Both the position numbers and the translations under genes were made by a program. The notes below the pieces were generated by a model. It ran no database searches, was not told the origin of the DNA, and was given only the letters and a program-made list of their open reading frames with translations. Below, piece after piece: positions 44,601 through 54,800 of a stretch of 64,000 nucleotides of DNA. How positions within the stretch are numbered: the first letter of the stretch is position 1; each line of letters begins with the position of its first letter. Source of the DNA: a virus (taxonomy: Duplodnaviria > Caudoviricetes). The DNA lies in the IMG/VR virus record IMGVR_UViG_3300027754_000037; one strand, given 5' to 3'.

Positions 44601-45296
44601 AAGCTGGGTGTTGTTCTGGGCGAGTTAGGATTTGTTATGAGTGCTCTGAGTTCCATATCCATGCCCTTTGGATTCATGAATCTCTTCCCGATGGCAAGTC
44701 TTGGAGGCATGTTGACGGGTCTTGCTGGCGCTACCTCAGGAATAGGTTCCTTGTTCTCGGGAGGCGGGAAAACAAGTGTTGGAACTCCCAGCGATAATGC
44801 AATAGATAAAAGAGTTGAACAACAAAGTGCAGAAGCTGCCCAAATGCAAGCTGGACTGCTGGCAAAATTGGTAGATCAAGCGATTTATGGCGATGGTATC
44901 AATGTTCAGAGCGCCGGAAATGCTGCGGTCACTAGTAAAACAACAGCATCAACGATTGGCGCAAACATGGCAGATATACAGTCGAAGGTTGCAGCGCAAA
45001 AAGCAGGCAATCAACTTCCTTCCAGCAAGGTTTCAAGCGATGAGTTGGCAGACATTGCTACAGAAAGCGAGACCCAAACAGAATTGCAGAAGAAGCTTGT
45101 TGGTTTGTTTGAGGATATGCTTAAGGCGCTTAAGCCTGCTGATCAAGCGATTGTTGGTCAAGCAGGAGCAGGTCCCGCCGACACTTCTGGCGAAAAAGTA
45201 GGTGGAAAACCGCCAAATTACTTTCGATCCAGCCAAGGCATGGTAAACAGCGGCCCCGGCAAGCAAACGCTGAACATGGGTCCACAAAAAGCGTAA
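38610..45296 (+). CDS. Tape measure protein
   Basis: 2228 aa, helical A/G/K-rich N-half, long hydrophobic TM-rich middle, internal repeats (TKDAVAALAPS..WP; GGWF..SPI); lies directly upstream of the baseplate genes. Confidence 0.8.
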   Translation: MADNVGRSIDALNLTIGQLKDLLNTKCSTPTPMGGGSSGSLGELAQVLEKFTKDFKKEMEDQTKHLKDVLGAKSSVDGKRAANKKTKPVADNADSLGSDDYLDDVSDNYKFMNALESSLQKNKLKFDRQYLATATQNIRTRHTELSHLDEKAFLAKLESETYYKKALADETLALKQNISAARQLRDQFSEIQSMLGSFEQSLGLKTTETLFGGIVEQEMKFTQEIRATAYETAGATKEARGLQRAFEDIGKSVAQTGVNRTEFQKSYQQALRSGVKDLKQAGNLTTAQLNTEKQLGMEAGSLQDTFQDLAMSGRMNSGQIADMGRGMRDVAKATGLTGEALRGAIDSSKELIRDLRNASQLTAASAKNVIEISANAKKLGVESEVNNLMKGLVSSNNLILDASNETRTLILQAASKVGRVEDAMNGTITRSKEGIKDLAKGMEKILKDFGVNGVEEIDNLSDTAKRDLNLRIKAVYGMELGQFRSTLESMKESGKGLGDRLEDINKKLQQNATTEEKKVLMEQQRQLKTSKQLEVLTALDEAAKGAKDMGQALSKFGDRKKDFEKDMQALGTSWTSETQVARDAIKGSLESVNEGLKKAGKEEIKISSDEIEKAIKDPTALRELTAKITKGEQQLATAQKAQLDPVTETNQKLTEINDTLRNMSQNVISKLFNSFLGKIIMIGGVLSGIGAAVIGLGVTGKNAYDTLGKLIKGGQDLYGGKQESFVSNIKKYFGIGGKKNATPEGGASSPTEAAAAAAAAAAATAPKETAPKSAEAVTKATTEGKGGRYVKILEESLKELNSISNTMSQSSLFLQKISECICRPRKAAAAGTPPGAGGTSADSAARVALQREQKTNVKTDAKLNEKQLKEQNKEIKRGKREDIIQRAETKGAKAAAKESKGGKVDCPPTAEAGCLEPSVMENMGAEMKKAAPAILMFAAGALLLGIALMWLANKLLAALNLDAAKIAETAESLIVIVGVTAAIAAAAYAAGKVLMSEEMQDFVKSYKEDKAKIIEAAKVLMIMGPALLLLGAGLVAFAGYLIKTLGIDMSMGIEIAGGVVVIAGVTAGIAIAVKEFVEAYEELSANATWQKILNNKKKIAMEIAKGALALIVLGAVILTVAIAVVKFADLLMGAFGISPQKAAEVATGVAALLLATGVIALGVYAGYRGLQLLSTLGAEIYASFGASLAAVGLGAYALLILGPIILGVAVAVTKFCQLLLGAFGLDAATATKVAYDVGALLLATGIIAAGILAATYGLKYLSTLYKELSDIIKKMLKGAFVLFALGAPVLLLAAAVIGITKLFLALTGLDSAKTAKAAEDLATLLVSAGMIALAVIGASYGISYLGANAGALMALIWPMFVGAGVLILLSLAVGVLAAAINYMASAIIKGTNPKKAAETSEALGSLLTSSGKIALAIIGASASSALLAGMLLYVPYLIVAMFVAAVVLALLSVALTAFVRSVIGIADQMMLLGSPKALSKKAETVAGILKAAGDVAQNIMDAKDKVKALYESVSYWDYFFGIRRPLIKGTKVLEEIKWPLVLFAIEMMNFHWLLTRFVSAPKAIAAGKQVAAILGAMGDVAQNMVKTKDAVAALAPSYLGSCWPKMLTFAPTMEDGVKALETIKQPLIDFVISMIDFHTNLLSQTGSSAPKIIAAGRQVAQIFKATGEIAEGIMKTKDAVAALAPSKLGAHWPACLTLTPTLADGTEALKTMEEPLIDFIKEVKVFADKLEGVVNPAEVKKYSGIIRNATSLISQVVRMLDILSKKLVPLTTGGWFSESPIKQIGNATVEISAWFGTIAVLLKTGIIEPIKENFPAEEELKIVTGKLNNMVKVLDALPPVLDKLGSLVGQYAVGGWFTVSPIAAIGKFTDIFAKWFTSIAMMLRTGIVNPVMDYFPGEDEIEDAALRLDGMVTILNKIPPVLDTLGDLLNTYTAGNWFELSPIGSLMVLGIRFGGWFNGVGMMLRDGVINPVLKYFPAEDEVTEIVSRLEGMVVVLNKLGVVLGELGFVMSALSSISMPFGFMNLFPMASLGGMLTGLAGATSGIGSLFSGGGKTSVGTPSDNAIDKRVEQQSAEAAQMQAGLLAKLVDQAIYGDGINVQSAGNAAVTSKTTASTIGANMADIQSKVAAQKAGNQLPSSKVSSDELADIATESETQTELQKKLVGLFEDMLKALKPADQAIVGQAGAGPADTSGEKVGGKPPNYFRSSQGMVNSGPGKQTLNMGPQKA

Positions 45297-45308
45297 TGGG
45301 GTGATTGA

Positions 45309-45845
45309 ATGAAGGCGACACTAGAGTCAGGAGCACTTAGAGACATAGACAAATGCTATGTCTATATACAAAATTACGGAAAAATTGTCATGACAATTTT
45401 GCCCGACATTGGCGATCAAAAGAACGCCAACTATACAGATGAAAACTCCATTGGTCGTTCGATGCCATTTAAGACATATCAAAACTCGGACAATAGGACT
45501 ATCAGTTGGACTTGTCACTTCGTAGTATGCAAGCAAACTGATATTCCATTGTTTTTACAGTACATAAAAGCCTTCCAGTCTGCTGTCTATCCATCGACAG
45601 ACGATAACTGGAGCCCTGCACCTTGGAGTCCACCTCCTATCTGCAAGATCAAATGCGGTGATTTACTGGGCTCTGAAGAGGTCTGTGTGATTATGAAGAG
45701 TTACAGCCTAAAATGGGACACGGGTGTGGTATGGGATGAAGAAACTTATTTGCCCTATAAATTCGATGTCGATCTTAGCTTTGATGTTGTATACAACCAA
45801 AGCAATTTGCCGGGATCAGAAAGAATCTTAATGGTAGGTTATTAA
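45309..45845 (+). CDS. Tail-tube initiator / baseplate-tail junction protein (gp48/gp54-like)
   Basis: GRSMP...Y.NS..RTISW...YP...PPICKIKCG; position after the TMP. Confidence 0.6.
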   Translation: MKATLESGALRDIDKCYVYIQNYGKIVMTILPDIGDQKNANYTDENSIGRSMPFKTYQNSDNRTISWTCHFVVCKQTDIPLFLQYIKAFQSAVYPSTDDNWSPAPWSPPPICKIKCGDLLGSEEVCVIMKSYSLKWDTGVVWDEETYLPYKFDVDLSFDVVYNQSNLPGSERILMVGY

Positions 45846-45848
45846 AAT

Positions 45849-46175
45849 ATGGCCAATTATGTAGAAAAAACCAAGATCACCGCTAAAAAATTTGTTCCAG
45901 TCAGTAGTCGATATGCTGAGTCTGAAGTCATTTATTACACCGAAAACAAATTACTTACCTTTAAAACATATAAAAAAAAGGAAATTGCACTCACACAAAA
46001 TGATAAATACTTTGTTGTTACTCCGGGTACTGAATTCAGGCCGGATTTGGTTTCAAAATCAGCATATGGCTCTGTAGATTTCTGGTGGAAAATTATGGAG
46101 GCAAACAACATCAAGGACATTTACGATTTTAGGGCTGGATTAAACATACGATTACCGGACAAGGTTTTAGGATAA
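45849..46175 (+). CDS. Baseplate wedge protein gp53-like (LysM-like)
   Basis: RPDLVSKSAYGSVDFWWKIMEANNIKD...G.NIRLP. Confidence 0.75.
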   Translation: MANYVEKTKITAKKFVPVSSRYAESEVIYYTENKLLTFKTYKKKEIALTQNDKYFVVTPGTEFRPDLVSKSAYGSVDFWWKIMEANNIKDIYDFRAGLNIRLPDKVLG

Positions 46176-46176
46176 A

Positions 46177-47652
46177 ATGGCGTGTACATTACCAATAGAA
46201 GCATCGAACTATAGTTGCGATGGCAAGCCCAAAACTCCTCCTGAAGGGGCTGTTTATACTCCTTATGTTAGATTGGAGTTTGGCGATGGCAATGTGCTTA
46301 CTGGTGGTAACAATTCATCTCCAGCTACAAATTTAGCAGCTATTACAAGTTTTGAATATGGATTTGGCTCTGGTACTCAAGGGTGGGGAGTAAACATTGA
46401 AGCCATCGACAATGGCGGTGCCATGTATCGTAAAATTCTTCGTTCTATCAACAAAACCATTGTTAAAATTCCAGATGAAGTTGCAAATGTTGAAATTGAT
46501 TTTGGTTGGATCATAAAAAATTGTGATGGTTCTGTTACCACGGATTTTGCAAGCAGAATTCATAGTCTTTACGGCATTTTCTTTAAATGCGATATGACAT
46601 TTGAAAGTGGAAATGTCAAAATGAAAATTGAAATTAGGGCTCCAAGCGTAAAAAGCGCTGATACAAGACATGCAGAGGCTTTTGGTACAGAAGATGGAAA
46701 AGTTTACTTGAGAGACGCTCTCATTGAACTTTTTACAGAAAGACATCCTAGATTTCAAGAAGTGAAATTTATAGACCAATATGGTTTTCGAGATTTTGAA
46801 TTTTTAAATTTTGGCGTGGACGGTCCTCCAAATGTTTGGCCATGTGATCAAGAGGATTCATTTGCAATTGCGAGAAAGTGGTTAAATGGAATTGTTACTC
46901 AAGACAATAGAGGCATCGTCATAGGCTATGAGTCGGATTCTGTCTCTGTAATTATTCAAGAAGACCCTGAAGATGGATGTTGTCCAAAGTCCAGATATCT
47001 AGGAACTTATGTAGTAAACGGTGGCAATTGCAGTCCGGTAATTAGTTTTAATCCCACAATTGCTTGGGACAAAGGCTATATTCCGGGTGGTGGTGGCGCT
47101 ACAGGTGGAGCCTCAACGGGTGATTTTGGCGAGTTTGCAGAACCAGAAGTTAATATCGAAAAAGCAGGCACACAAACTTCAATTGCAACCGAGCAAAATC
47201 AATGGAATTTCAGAAATCCAGAAGATCAACCCGATGAAGCAAACAATGCACTTTCTGCACACGAACATGCAGAGGCTAAAACAATTAATGGACCAGTAAA
47301 AGGTTGGGAAGCTGATTTGAAAATAATTGGCGATCCTACATTTATTGACCTGCCGGAAATGATGGGAGCTACTCTGGGAATTGTTTTCATCAATCCTTTC
47401 TATATTGATGAGTGTGTTTGGATTCAGAGACCTGTGGTCAACTCGATGTTGAGCAACAAAAACTATATGGTTGTAGGAGTCACACATCAGATCAGCGCAG
47501 GTTCTTTCACAACCAATTTAAAACTCAGACTTACAATCCCCAATGTCGATCTCGACTTCGACGCACCTTTGGGCGAGTGTGGTACGGAGACGATGGACGG
47601 TGAAGGTGGCTTGGGCGAATCTACAACTGGCGACGCTAACGGTAATGAATAA
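46177..47652 (+). CDS. Baseplate hub (gp27/gpD-like)
   Basis: Position; C-terminal IIGDP...YMVVGVTHQISAGSFTTNLKL. Confidence 0.6.
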   Translation: MACTLPIEASNYSCDGKPKTPPEGAVYTPYVRLEFGDGNVLTGGNNSSPATNLAAITSFEYGFGSGTQGWGVNIEAIDNGGAMYRKILRSINKTIVKIPDEVANVEIDFGWIIKNCDGSVTTDFASRIHSLYGIFFKCDMTFESGNVKMKIEIRAPSVKSADTRHAEAFGTEDGKVYLRDALIELFTERHPRFQEVKFIDQYGFRDFEFLNFGVDGPPNVWPCDQEDSFAIARKWLNGIVTQDNRGIVIGYESDSVSVIIQEDPEDGCCPKSRYLGTYVVNGGNCSPVISFNPTIAWDKGYIPGGGGATGGASTGDFGEFAEPEVNIEKAGTQTSIATEQNQWNFRNPEDQPDEANNALSAHEHAEAKTINGPVKGWEADLKIIGDPTFIDLPEMMGATLGIVFINPFYIDECVWIQRPVVNSMLSNKNYMVVGVTHQISAGSFTTNLKLRLTIPNVDLDFDAPLGECGTETMDGEGGLGESTTGDANGNE

Positions 47653-47660
47653 GGAAAAAT

Positions 47661-49886
47661 ATGGCAGTAGCATTTGAAAAAGACATCAAAAATCTCGAAG
47701 GCAGGCTTTCAGCCATTGAGAACAGATTTGGTGGCATCAATTACGAAATGAAATCTGTGGTGACCAGCGAAATCTCAGATCGCTCACGAGTAGTAGAGCA
47801 GTCGCAAATGCAGTATGGTCTTTATACTGCACTCTGTATGGAAACGGTGGATGTATGGAAACAAAATAGGATTCGCTGGTACTCGCCAATTTTTCACAAA
47901 AAGAATACACCTCTGAAAGAACTTCCTTGGGCTAATGCAGTAAGTGCATTGGGGGGATTCGATGACTGCGGGGCAACATGGGTGCCACCAGCAGGTTCGA
48001 CGGTTTGTATTCTTTTCGAGAATGGAAATAGAGGTTCTCCATATTACATCGGCACTTCATGGCACAGAAACCGTGGAAAAGATGGACAGCACAATTGGCG
48101 AATTGATATTCCAGAATATTCTGAAGTTTGGGATGGCAAAAGAGGTGGTTACTTAGTAGGACCAGATGATGGTTCTCAGAATTTTCCACCGTGGAATACT
48201 GAAAACTACAATGGCTTTGATCTTAGTTCTCTTGTGGATTTTGCATTCAATACAGATGCACAAAAACTCATAACTGTGCCTAATATTTACGGTTTTAAAA
48301 CACCTGAAAAACATATGATCAAAATGGTCGATGGCGATCCCCATTGTGATCGAAAATGGAAGCGTCTTGAGATCATGTCCAGTTGTGGAAACTGGATCAT
48401 GATGAAAGATGACCATATTCACTATGCTGGCCAATGGGCTCACAAGGACTGTGGTGGAGTGGTAAAAGAAGGTGAAGTGTCTTGCTTTGAAGACGCATAC
48501 ACTCAGAGTCAAATCGACAAACTCTTGGGTGGTTTTCTAAATAATCCAATTGATCCAGACATTAATGTTGAAGACCAGATAGACGCAGCATATGGTGATG
48601 AATTTCAACTAAAGAATGTTTTGGATCAAACTCCGAAAAAAGGCAAAAAATACGAAAAATTAGAATGCGAAGGCAAAAAGAGCAACAAGAAAATTGTTAT
48701 TGGACACCCTTGGACTGGAGCTCCGGGAACAAAATATTATTCAAAGGGAAGTGGCGATATACAAAAGGGCGACAATCCTTTCTTCAAGCACAAACAAGAA
48801 TGTAGGCCATACAGGGGTGCTGCTACTCCTCAGAACAATCAAGTTGACTTGCCTCAATCCGGCATTCAAATACAGAGCATTTCTGGCCATTGTTTTGTGA
48901 TGGACGACAGCGTTGAGGAACCTTCGGGAGCTCCACGATGGGATAGAGAATTTGATTTTGGTTGCAACAACCACTATGTCGGTAGAAGCTACTGGAAATC
49001 AGCAACAGGCCACACTATTGAATTGAGCGATGTTGAAAGTCCTCAGGGTGAAGATGGTGCCAATCTCAGGGGCAGTAGTAACTATATCAAATTGCTTACT
49101 GCTACTGGCAACAAAATTGAACTTAACGATCATACAGAATCTCAACCAGATTGCGTTGGATGCCCTCCAAATATTGCAGGATCAGAGCGTGGCATTCATC
49201 TCCAAAGCACCAGTAATCACACGATTGATATGGTCGATGAAGGCAATGAACAATGCGGAAATTGCCGTATGGAAGGTGGTGTTCCTGTACCCAAGGCCAA
49301 AAAGGCCTTTGTAAGAATTAGAACCGGTTACGGACTAGAAATATCCATGAACGACGATGCAAGTCAAGAAGACACGCAGCAACAAAATATTCAACTATTC
49401 TGCCCTCAAAAAGACAACACAGAAAGAGGTCCACATATCACCCGTTGGCAAGAAGCTCCTACAGGACCGGGATTGGTATTTTTGAGGGCTGGAGGCAACT
49501 ATGTGACTTACACTTATGACAACCATTACACGGTAGTTGGCGACGAAGAGCAGAATCCTTCCAATAAAATCGACTATGTAACAAAAATGAACTTAGTATA
49601 CACCAAAAAGGAATACATAAACATATCGGATAAATTGCATCTTTTTTACGCAAAAGACATGATTTTGTTGCTTGCGGGTCAAGATAATCCTACTGATCCA
49701 GATTCGACTACTGCCTGTGGTTGCGGTGGTGAAGCTCCAAATATTGGTGCTGTACTTGTCTATGACTTTTGTACTGGCTGCGTAAGAATTAGTGATCGTG
49801 TATTTGCAAGCTCCTCGGGTGATGCTCAACCACTTTCAATATTCCAGCTTAAACCTTTTGCAAAACAATGTGTGGGATGTAACTAA
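47661..49886 (+). CDS. Baseplate spike gp5/VgrG-like
   Basis: OB-fold signature WVPPAGSTVCILFENGN...PYYIG; repeated (S/T)GH.IE..D beta-helix-type motifs. Confidence 0.75.
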   Translation: MAVAFEKDIKNLEGRLSAIENRFGGINYEMKSVVTSEISDRSRVVEQSQMQYGLYTALCMETVDVWKQNRIRWYSPIFHKKNTPLKELPWANAVSALGGFDDCGATWVPPAGSTVCILFENGNRGSPYYIGTSWHRNRGKDGQHNWRIDIPEYSEVWDGKRGGYLVGPDDGSQNFPPWNTENYNGFDLSSLVDFAFNTDAQKLITVPNIYGFKTPEKHMIKMVDGDPHCDRKWKRLEIMSSCGNWIMMKDDHIHYAGQWAHKDCGGVVKEGEVSCFEDAYTQSQIDKLLGGFLNNPIDPDINVEDQIDAAYGDEFQLKNVLDQTPKKGKKYEKLECEGKKSNKKIVIGHPWTGAPGTKYYSKGSGDIQKGDNPFFKHKQECRPYRGAATPQNNQVDLPQSGIQIQSISGHCFVMDDSVEEPSGAPRWDREFDFGCNNHYVGRSYWKSATGHTIELSDVESPQGEDGANLRGSSNYIKLLTATGNKIELNDHTESQPDCVGCPPNIAGSERGIHLQSTSNHTIDMVDEGNEQCGNCRMEGGVPVPKAKKAFVRIRTGYGLEISMNDDASQEDTQQQNIQLFCPQKDNTERGPHITRWQEAPTGPGLVFLRAGGNYVTYTYDNHYTVVGDEEQNPSNKIDYVTKMNLVYTKKEYINISDKLHLFYAKDMILLLAGQDNPTDPDSTTACGCGGEAPNIGAVLVYDFCTGCVRISDRVFASSSGDAQPLSIFQLKPFAKQCVGCN

Positions 49887-50305
49887 TGAAAACTTTTCTC
49901 GGTGTTCCGTATCCAACCAGACCCAATCCTAGAGGTTATTGGTATTCGCAAGACGGAACCAATCAGATCAAATCTGATTTGCTCAGTCTTTTACTTACAA
50001 ATCCCGGCGAAAGAGTCATGTTGCCAGAGTTTGGAACACCGCTGAAAAAGTTGGTTTTTGAGCCCAATGACACTACTTTAAGTACGCAGGCAATCAATAT
50101 GATTGCCTCTTCGATTAAAAGATGGGAGCCCAGACTTGTCGTACAAAAAATTGAGGCCTCTGCAAATGTTGACAAGACATCATTAAATAAACTAGACGAC
50201 AAAAGCGAACTAGATCAAATCCTGTTTATACGAATCATATTCGTTGATCCCCAAAAGATCAAAGATGTTCAGGAGTTAACGCTACAGGTGCCATTGTCGG
50301 CGTAA
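49886..50305 (+). CDS. Baseplate wedge gp25-like
   Basis: IKSDLLSLLLTNPGERVMLPEFGTPL..LVFEP...IKRWEPR. Confidence 0.9.
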   Translation: MKTFLGVPYPTRPNPRGYWYSQDGTNQIKSDLLSLLLTNPGERVMLPEFGTPLKKLVFEPNDTTLSTQAINMIASSIKRWEPRLVVQKIEASANVDKTSLNKLDDKSELDQILFIRIIFVDPQKIKDVQELTLQVPLSA

Positions 50306-50317
50306 AAAGGAGAAAAA

Positions 50318-51877
50318 ATGGCAATAAACAACAACTGTCCCTTCGACTTAGCGCCTTATACTCAGTCGCAGGTGATCACTACTCCTAATATTTTTAATTT
50401 AAATTATACAAACCAAGACTTCTGGAGTATGAAGACGAGGTTAATTGAATTTATTCAACAAAAATTCAGCACAGATTTTTCTGATTTTGTCGAATCCTCT
50501 CTTGCCATGATGCTGATTGAAAACTGGTCGTTTTTGGCTGATACTTTAAGCTTCAAAATGGATCAGATAGCCAATGAAATTTTTATAGACACAGTTACTG
50601 AAACAGAGAATGCATTTAGATTGGCCAAGTTGGTGGGTTTCAATCCGCAACCGCCAATTGGAGCCCGTGCTATGTTCACGGCAACTCTTAACAATCCTCT
50701 TAGCTACGATGTGGTTGTCCCAAGCCCATTTCAAATTAAATTACCTGCTGCTGGGGCAGTAGCATATATTGAATTATATCAAGCAGATTCAGAGAATAAT
50801 CCCCTATTCGATGAAGATATCATAATTCCATCTGGAAATATTGTTAACGCCAGCGTCATCGGAATAGAAGGCAGAACAAGAACTTTATCTGCTGGTGGAA
50901 CAGGAGCAGTTGGACAAACTTTGCAACTTGGTACTTCACCAGTAATCTTCGATTCAATCAGAGTTTATGTTGATGGCGTTCTGTGGGACCAAGTTGAATA
51001 CTTCACAGACTCACAACCAAGGCGTGAATATAGAATCGAATATGATAGCAATTATGTCGCTTATATAATATTTGGAAATAATAGAACTGGTCTAATTCCA
51101 AGTATTGGAAGTTCAATAGAAGCGGTTTACCGCACGGGTGGTGGTCCTATCGGCAATATAGTCAGCGGTTCAGTCAATTCTCAGACCGTGATAACCGTAC
51201 CCGGATTGCAATATCCTGTTCCAGTCTCATTTAGAAATTACACAAAAGGTGAGTTTGGATTTTCTGGAGATACGATTGATGATATTCGTTTAAAATTACC
51301 TGCTTGGCAAAGAGCTCAGAATCGTGCTGTAACAGGATTGGATTACAAAACACTAACAGATCAATTTGCAACGCCATACCAAGGACAAATTGGCAAATCT
51401 ACGGCTGTTCTTAGGAATTATGGTTGTGCTGGCAATATTGTCGATTTATATATTTTGGCTTTAGATGGGCAAAGCAATCTTCAACTTGCTTCAGACGACC
51501 TTAAGAATAGCTTGCAGGTTTACATCAACGATAAAAAAATGCTGACAGATTTCGTTTGTATTCGTGATGGTCATGTGCTTTCGGTTGACATGGCGCTTGA
51601 TGTTGTACTTGATCGATTATACAGAAAATTTGAAGATGAAATTAGAACAAAGATACAAAGAAGACTGGATACTTATTTTACTATCCAAAATTGGGAATTT
51701 AATGAAAATCTTAAAGATACCGAAATTGCCAAGGTGATTTCAGACATCAAAGAAATAAGCAGACTTGATATTACTTTCACTACAAACGATCCAAACAACG
51801 GCGGTAATTTGGTTACGACGCAATTTTTCGAGATCATAAGACCAGATGTCACTACTATTGGATTCACATACGAATAA
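50318..51877 (+). CDS. Baseplate wedge gp6 / baseplate J-like
   Basis: DFSDFVESS, LAKLVGF.P, YRTGGG..GN, RAVT..DY. Confidence 0.85.
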   Translation: MAINNNCPFDLAPYTQSQVITTPNIFNLNYTNQDFWSMKTRLIEFIQQKFSTDFSDFVESSLAMMLIENWSFLADTLSFKMDQIANEIFIDTVTETENAFRLAKLVGFNPQPPIGARAMFTATLNNPLSYDVVVPSPFQIKLPAAGAVAYIELYQADSENNPLFDEDIIIPSGNIVNASVIGIEGRTRTLSAGGTGAVGQTLQLGTSPVIFDSIRVYVDGVLWDQVEYFTDSQPRREYRIEYDSNYVAYIIFGNNRTGLIPSIGSSIEAVYRTGGGPIGNIVSGSVNSQTVITVPGLQYPVPVSFRNYTKGEFGFSGDTIDDIRLKLPAWQRAQNRAVTGLDYKTLTDQFATPYQGQIGKSTAVLRNYGCAGNIVDLYILALDGQSNLQLASDDLKNSLQVYINDKKMLTDFVCIRDGHVLSVDMALDVVLDRLYRKFEDEIRTKIQRRLDTYFTIQNWEFNENLKDTEIAKVISDIKEISRLDITFTTNDPNNGGNLVTTQFFEIIRPDVTTIGFTYE

Positions 51878-51886
51878 GGAGCATTT

Positions 51887-54800
51887 GTGACACAGGTTTT
51901 TTACAACGAAAATCCAACTATTACTGATTCTGTTGTTCTAAGGTTCTTAACACCGGACAGCAGCGGTTGCTTGCTGCAAATGCCTTACAAAGTTGATAAT
52001 TTAACAATTTACTTTGTTGAAAGGGATTTTAGTTCAGGCAAAACCAGCACATACGATGAAAAAAAATACAATCCTGCAAAATTGGTATTGGCTGAAGCAG
52101 CAGAAGTTGTTGCGTGCAATAGTCCTACATCGGAAAATATTACTAATGCCAAATTAGCCAGAGCTACGGCTGAAGCAAGCGTCACATCAAACAACTTTTA
52201 TTTCAACGATGCTGTTCCAATCAAAATTGTTGGCAACTCGAACTTCCCTGCATGGCTTGGATACAAGATTACCGGTATCACAGCAGCAAATCCTGTCGAA
52301 ATAACCACAGACGATCCTCATAATCTTACAACCGGCGATACAGTTTACTTGTATGCCACCGATTGCATCCCGCCGATTGATGATGCTTATAAAGTTACCG
52401 TGACAGGAGCTAATACATTTGCTATTGATTACGACCTTAGTGGTGGAACAGCAGGTTCTAATGGAGTTTGGATTTCTGCTCAAATCAATAGCGACAATGC
52501 CTTAAAGCCTGTGGTCACGGATAATCAAACGACAATAGGACTATTTGAATATGTTTGGGAACCACTTGGAGCTCGTGAAGGCGATTACTTTGTATGCTGG
52601 ACATGGACTTCCTTAGTAGCTGGCACATCGCTTTCATCGCATTTGAAATTCAGCTTGGGTGGCAACACTCAGGTAACAACCAGCATCCCCACTCACTTTA
52701 CAGACCCAAAGAAATACGACACGCTTCTGGAAAGATACACTCCAGAAATGTTCAAGATGTACATGACTTCGGATGATGTCACGCCATCTGTAATCGATAG
52801 ATTTAATCAATCGATAGCCTTGGGATTCACAACTCTTGAAAATTTGGCAAATCAAATTGTTGACTTGCAAGACGCAAATAGCATTCACGAATCTCTGTTG
52901 CCCTACCTGTCTAATATTTTTAACTTAAAGTTGAAGACTGCCGATCCAACGAGATGGAGAGGGCAAATCAAAAGAGCAATCCCTCAATTCAAAAGAAAAG
53001 GCACCAAAGGTGGTCTTGAGGAAGGCTTAGAACATGCGAGCATGAAGCTTGTAAATATAAGAAGACTTTGGCAAATTAAATCAAAGTATACTTGGCAAGA
53101 ATCCTTTTTATGCACCGGAAGCAAAGAATTTATTCTTGAAAAACAACTGTATGTGTCTCCAGATCCAGACAATATAGAGTTGTATATTAATACTGAGCAT
53201 TTAGTTACATCAATCGAAGTTTATATTCCAGACACCACAAAAACCAAGATTTTTTGTTTCAGTAATCACGGTTTGAATACTGATGATGAAATATACATCT
53301 ATAAATCAAACAGCGTCCCAAAAATTGATGGAGTTTACAAGGTAAATGTTGATTCTAATAGCACTTTCATAATCGATTTTGATTTAAGCACAGGCACAGA
53401 AGGAACATATGCTTTATGGCATCAAACGGTTCTTGATCAAGCTTATCAAGTTTTGACACCATACAGCAGCTATGTAAGTTTCAGCACCGTAGACGGTGTC
53501 ACCACGATGACATGGACTTCAACTAGTACGCCTCTCAGAAACGGTGATATAGTAAGGATATTGTATCAGACCGATGCTGTTCCATCTCCTACGGAACAAC
53601 TTTATGAGATGTATTTAAGAAGCTTGCCTATGATTGATCAAAGAGACGAATCTCAACAAATTTATCCGCTCAAAAACTGGAATGTGCGAGGCTTGTCCGA
53701 AGATGATCCTTTTTTTGACACTTTGATTTCAGTACGACATCCATTTCATGAATTTCTTGTATACGGAAAGATCAGAACTGAATTTCCTTACAGCGAAAAC
53801 ATCTACAACATGGAAGAATACAACGGCAGTATTCGCAACTCTAAAAGCCCTTGTGATATTGACCGACAATTCATTGATCCATGCCAATACTGCATCAGCA
53901 GCAGCTACAATATTGATGTTGAAGTAGACAACATTTGCGACGATAGAATCAATGAATTTTTTGAAGTCATAAAAGAAAACACTCCGTTTCATGCCGTACT
54001 TCACACCGTGAATTTTTACGGTACATTCAATGATTTTATCATGCCTCCTGCTGAAACCATCGAGTGTTATGTGAAAATTAAAGGCTCTGAATTCGCATTG
54101 GCAGGTGAAGGTCAGATGTATTTCAACAGGAACATGAGCCTTAGCAATTTAAATGATTTAAATAACACAGAATGCATTTTCAGAGGCTCGGCAAATCCTT
54201 ATGGGAAGCAATATCTTGTAGATATTGAAGCAAATTTGGTGCTTTCTGGAGCCAGCGGTACAGTCTACAACGATGATATAGTTTTGTACAACAACAAATC
54301 AATGGAAAGAATTAGAATATCGCCTAACGGAAACGGATTCATCAAGGTTTTGGATGGAACTTATTACGGAACATATCAGATTATTTTAATAGATAAACAT
54401 GTTTTAAAGATCGATCCTGTTCCAACAGAACCAATTGAAGACTGCAATGACATTTTCCAAATGAGCGGAGAATTGAATACATGTACTTTTCCGTTCAGAG
54501 TTTTCAACATTGTTATCGATATAAGTCCTTACAGTTCATTGTGTAACATTTTTCAAGATAATTATTTGTCTTTGGCAGATGCAACTCAAGATTGGGGTGT
54601 TCTGGGCGTACAAACCGTGGCTGATGTCGCTAGGGGAACAGCCACAGGAACTTGGACGATTGAGATTACAGGCTACGGCAATCATGATATTCTTGATATT
54701 ACACCACAAGGTGAATTGTTAATTGAATATGGTGGAAGTCTATCATCTTTAGCATCTGGCAATTACAATTACGAACTATACGACGAAAACTCCACTTTGG

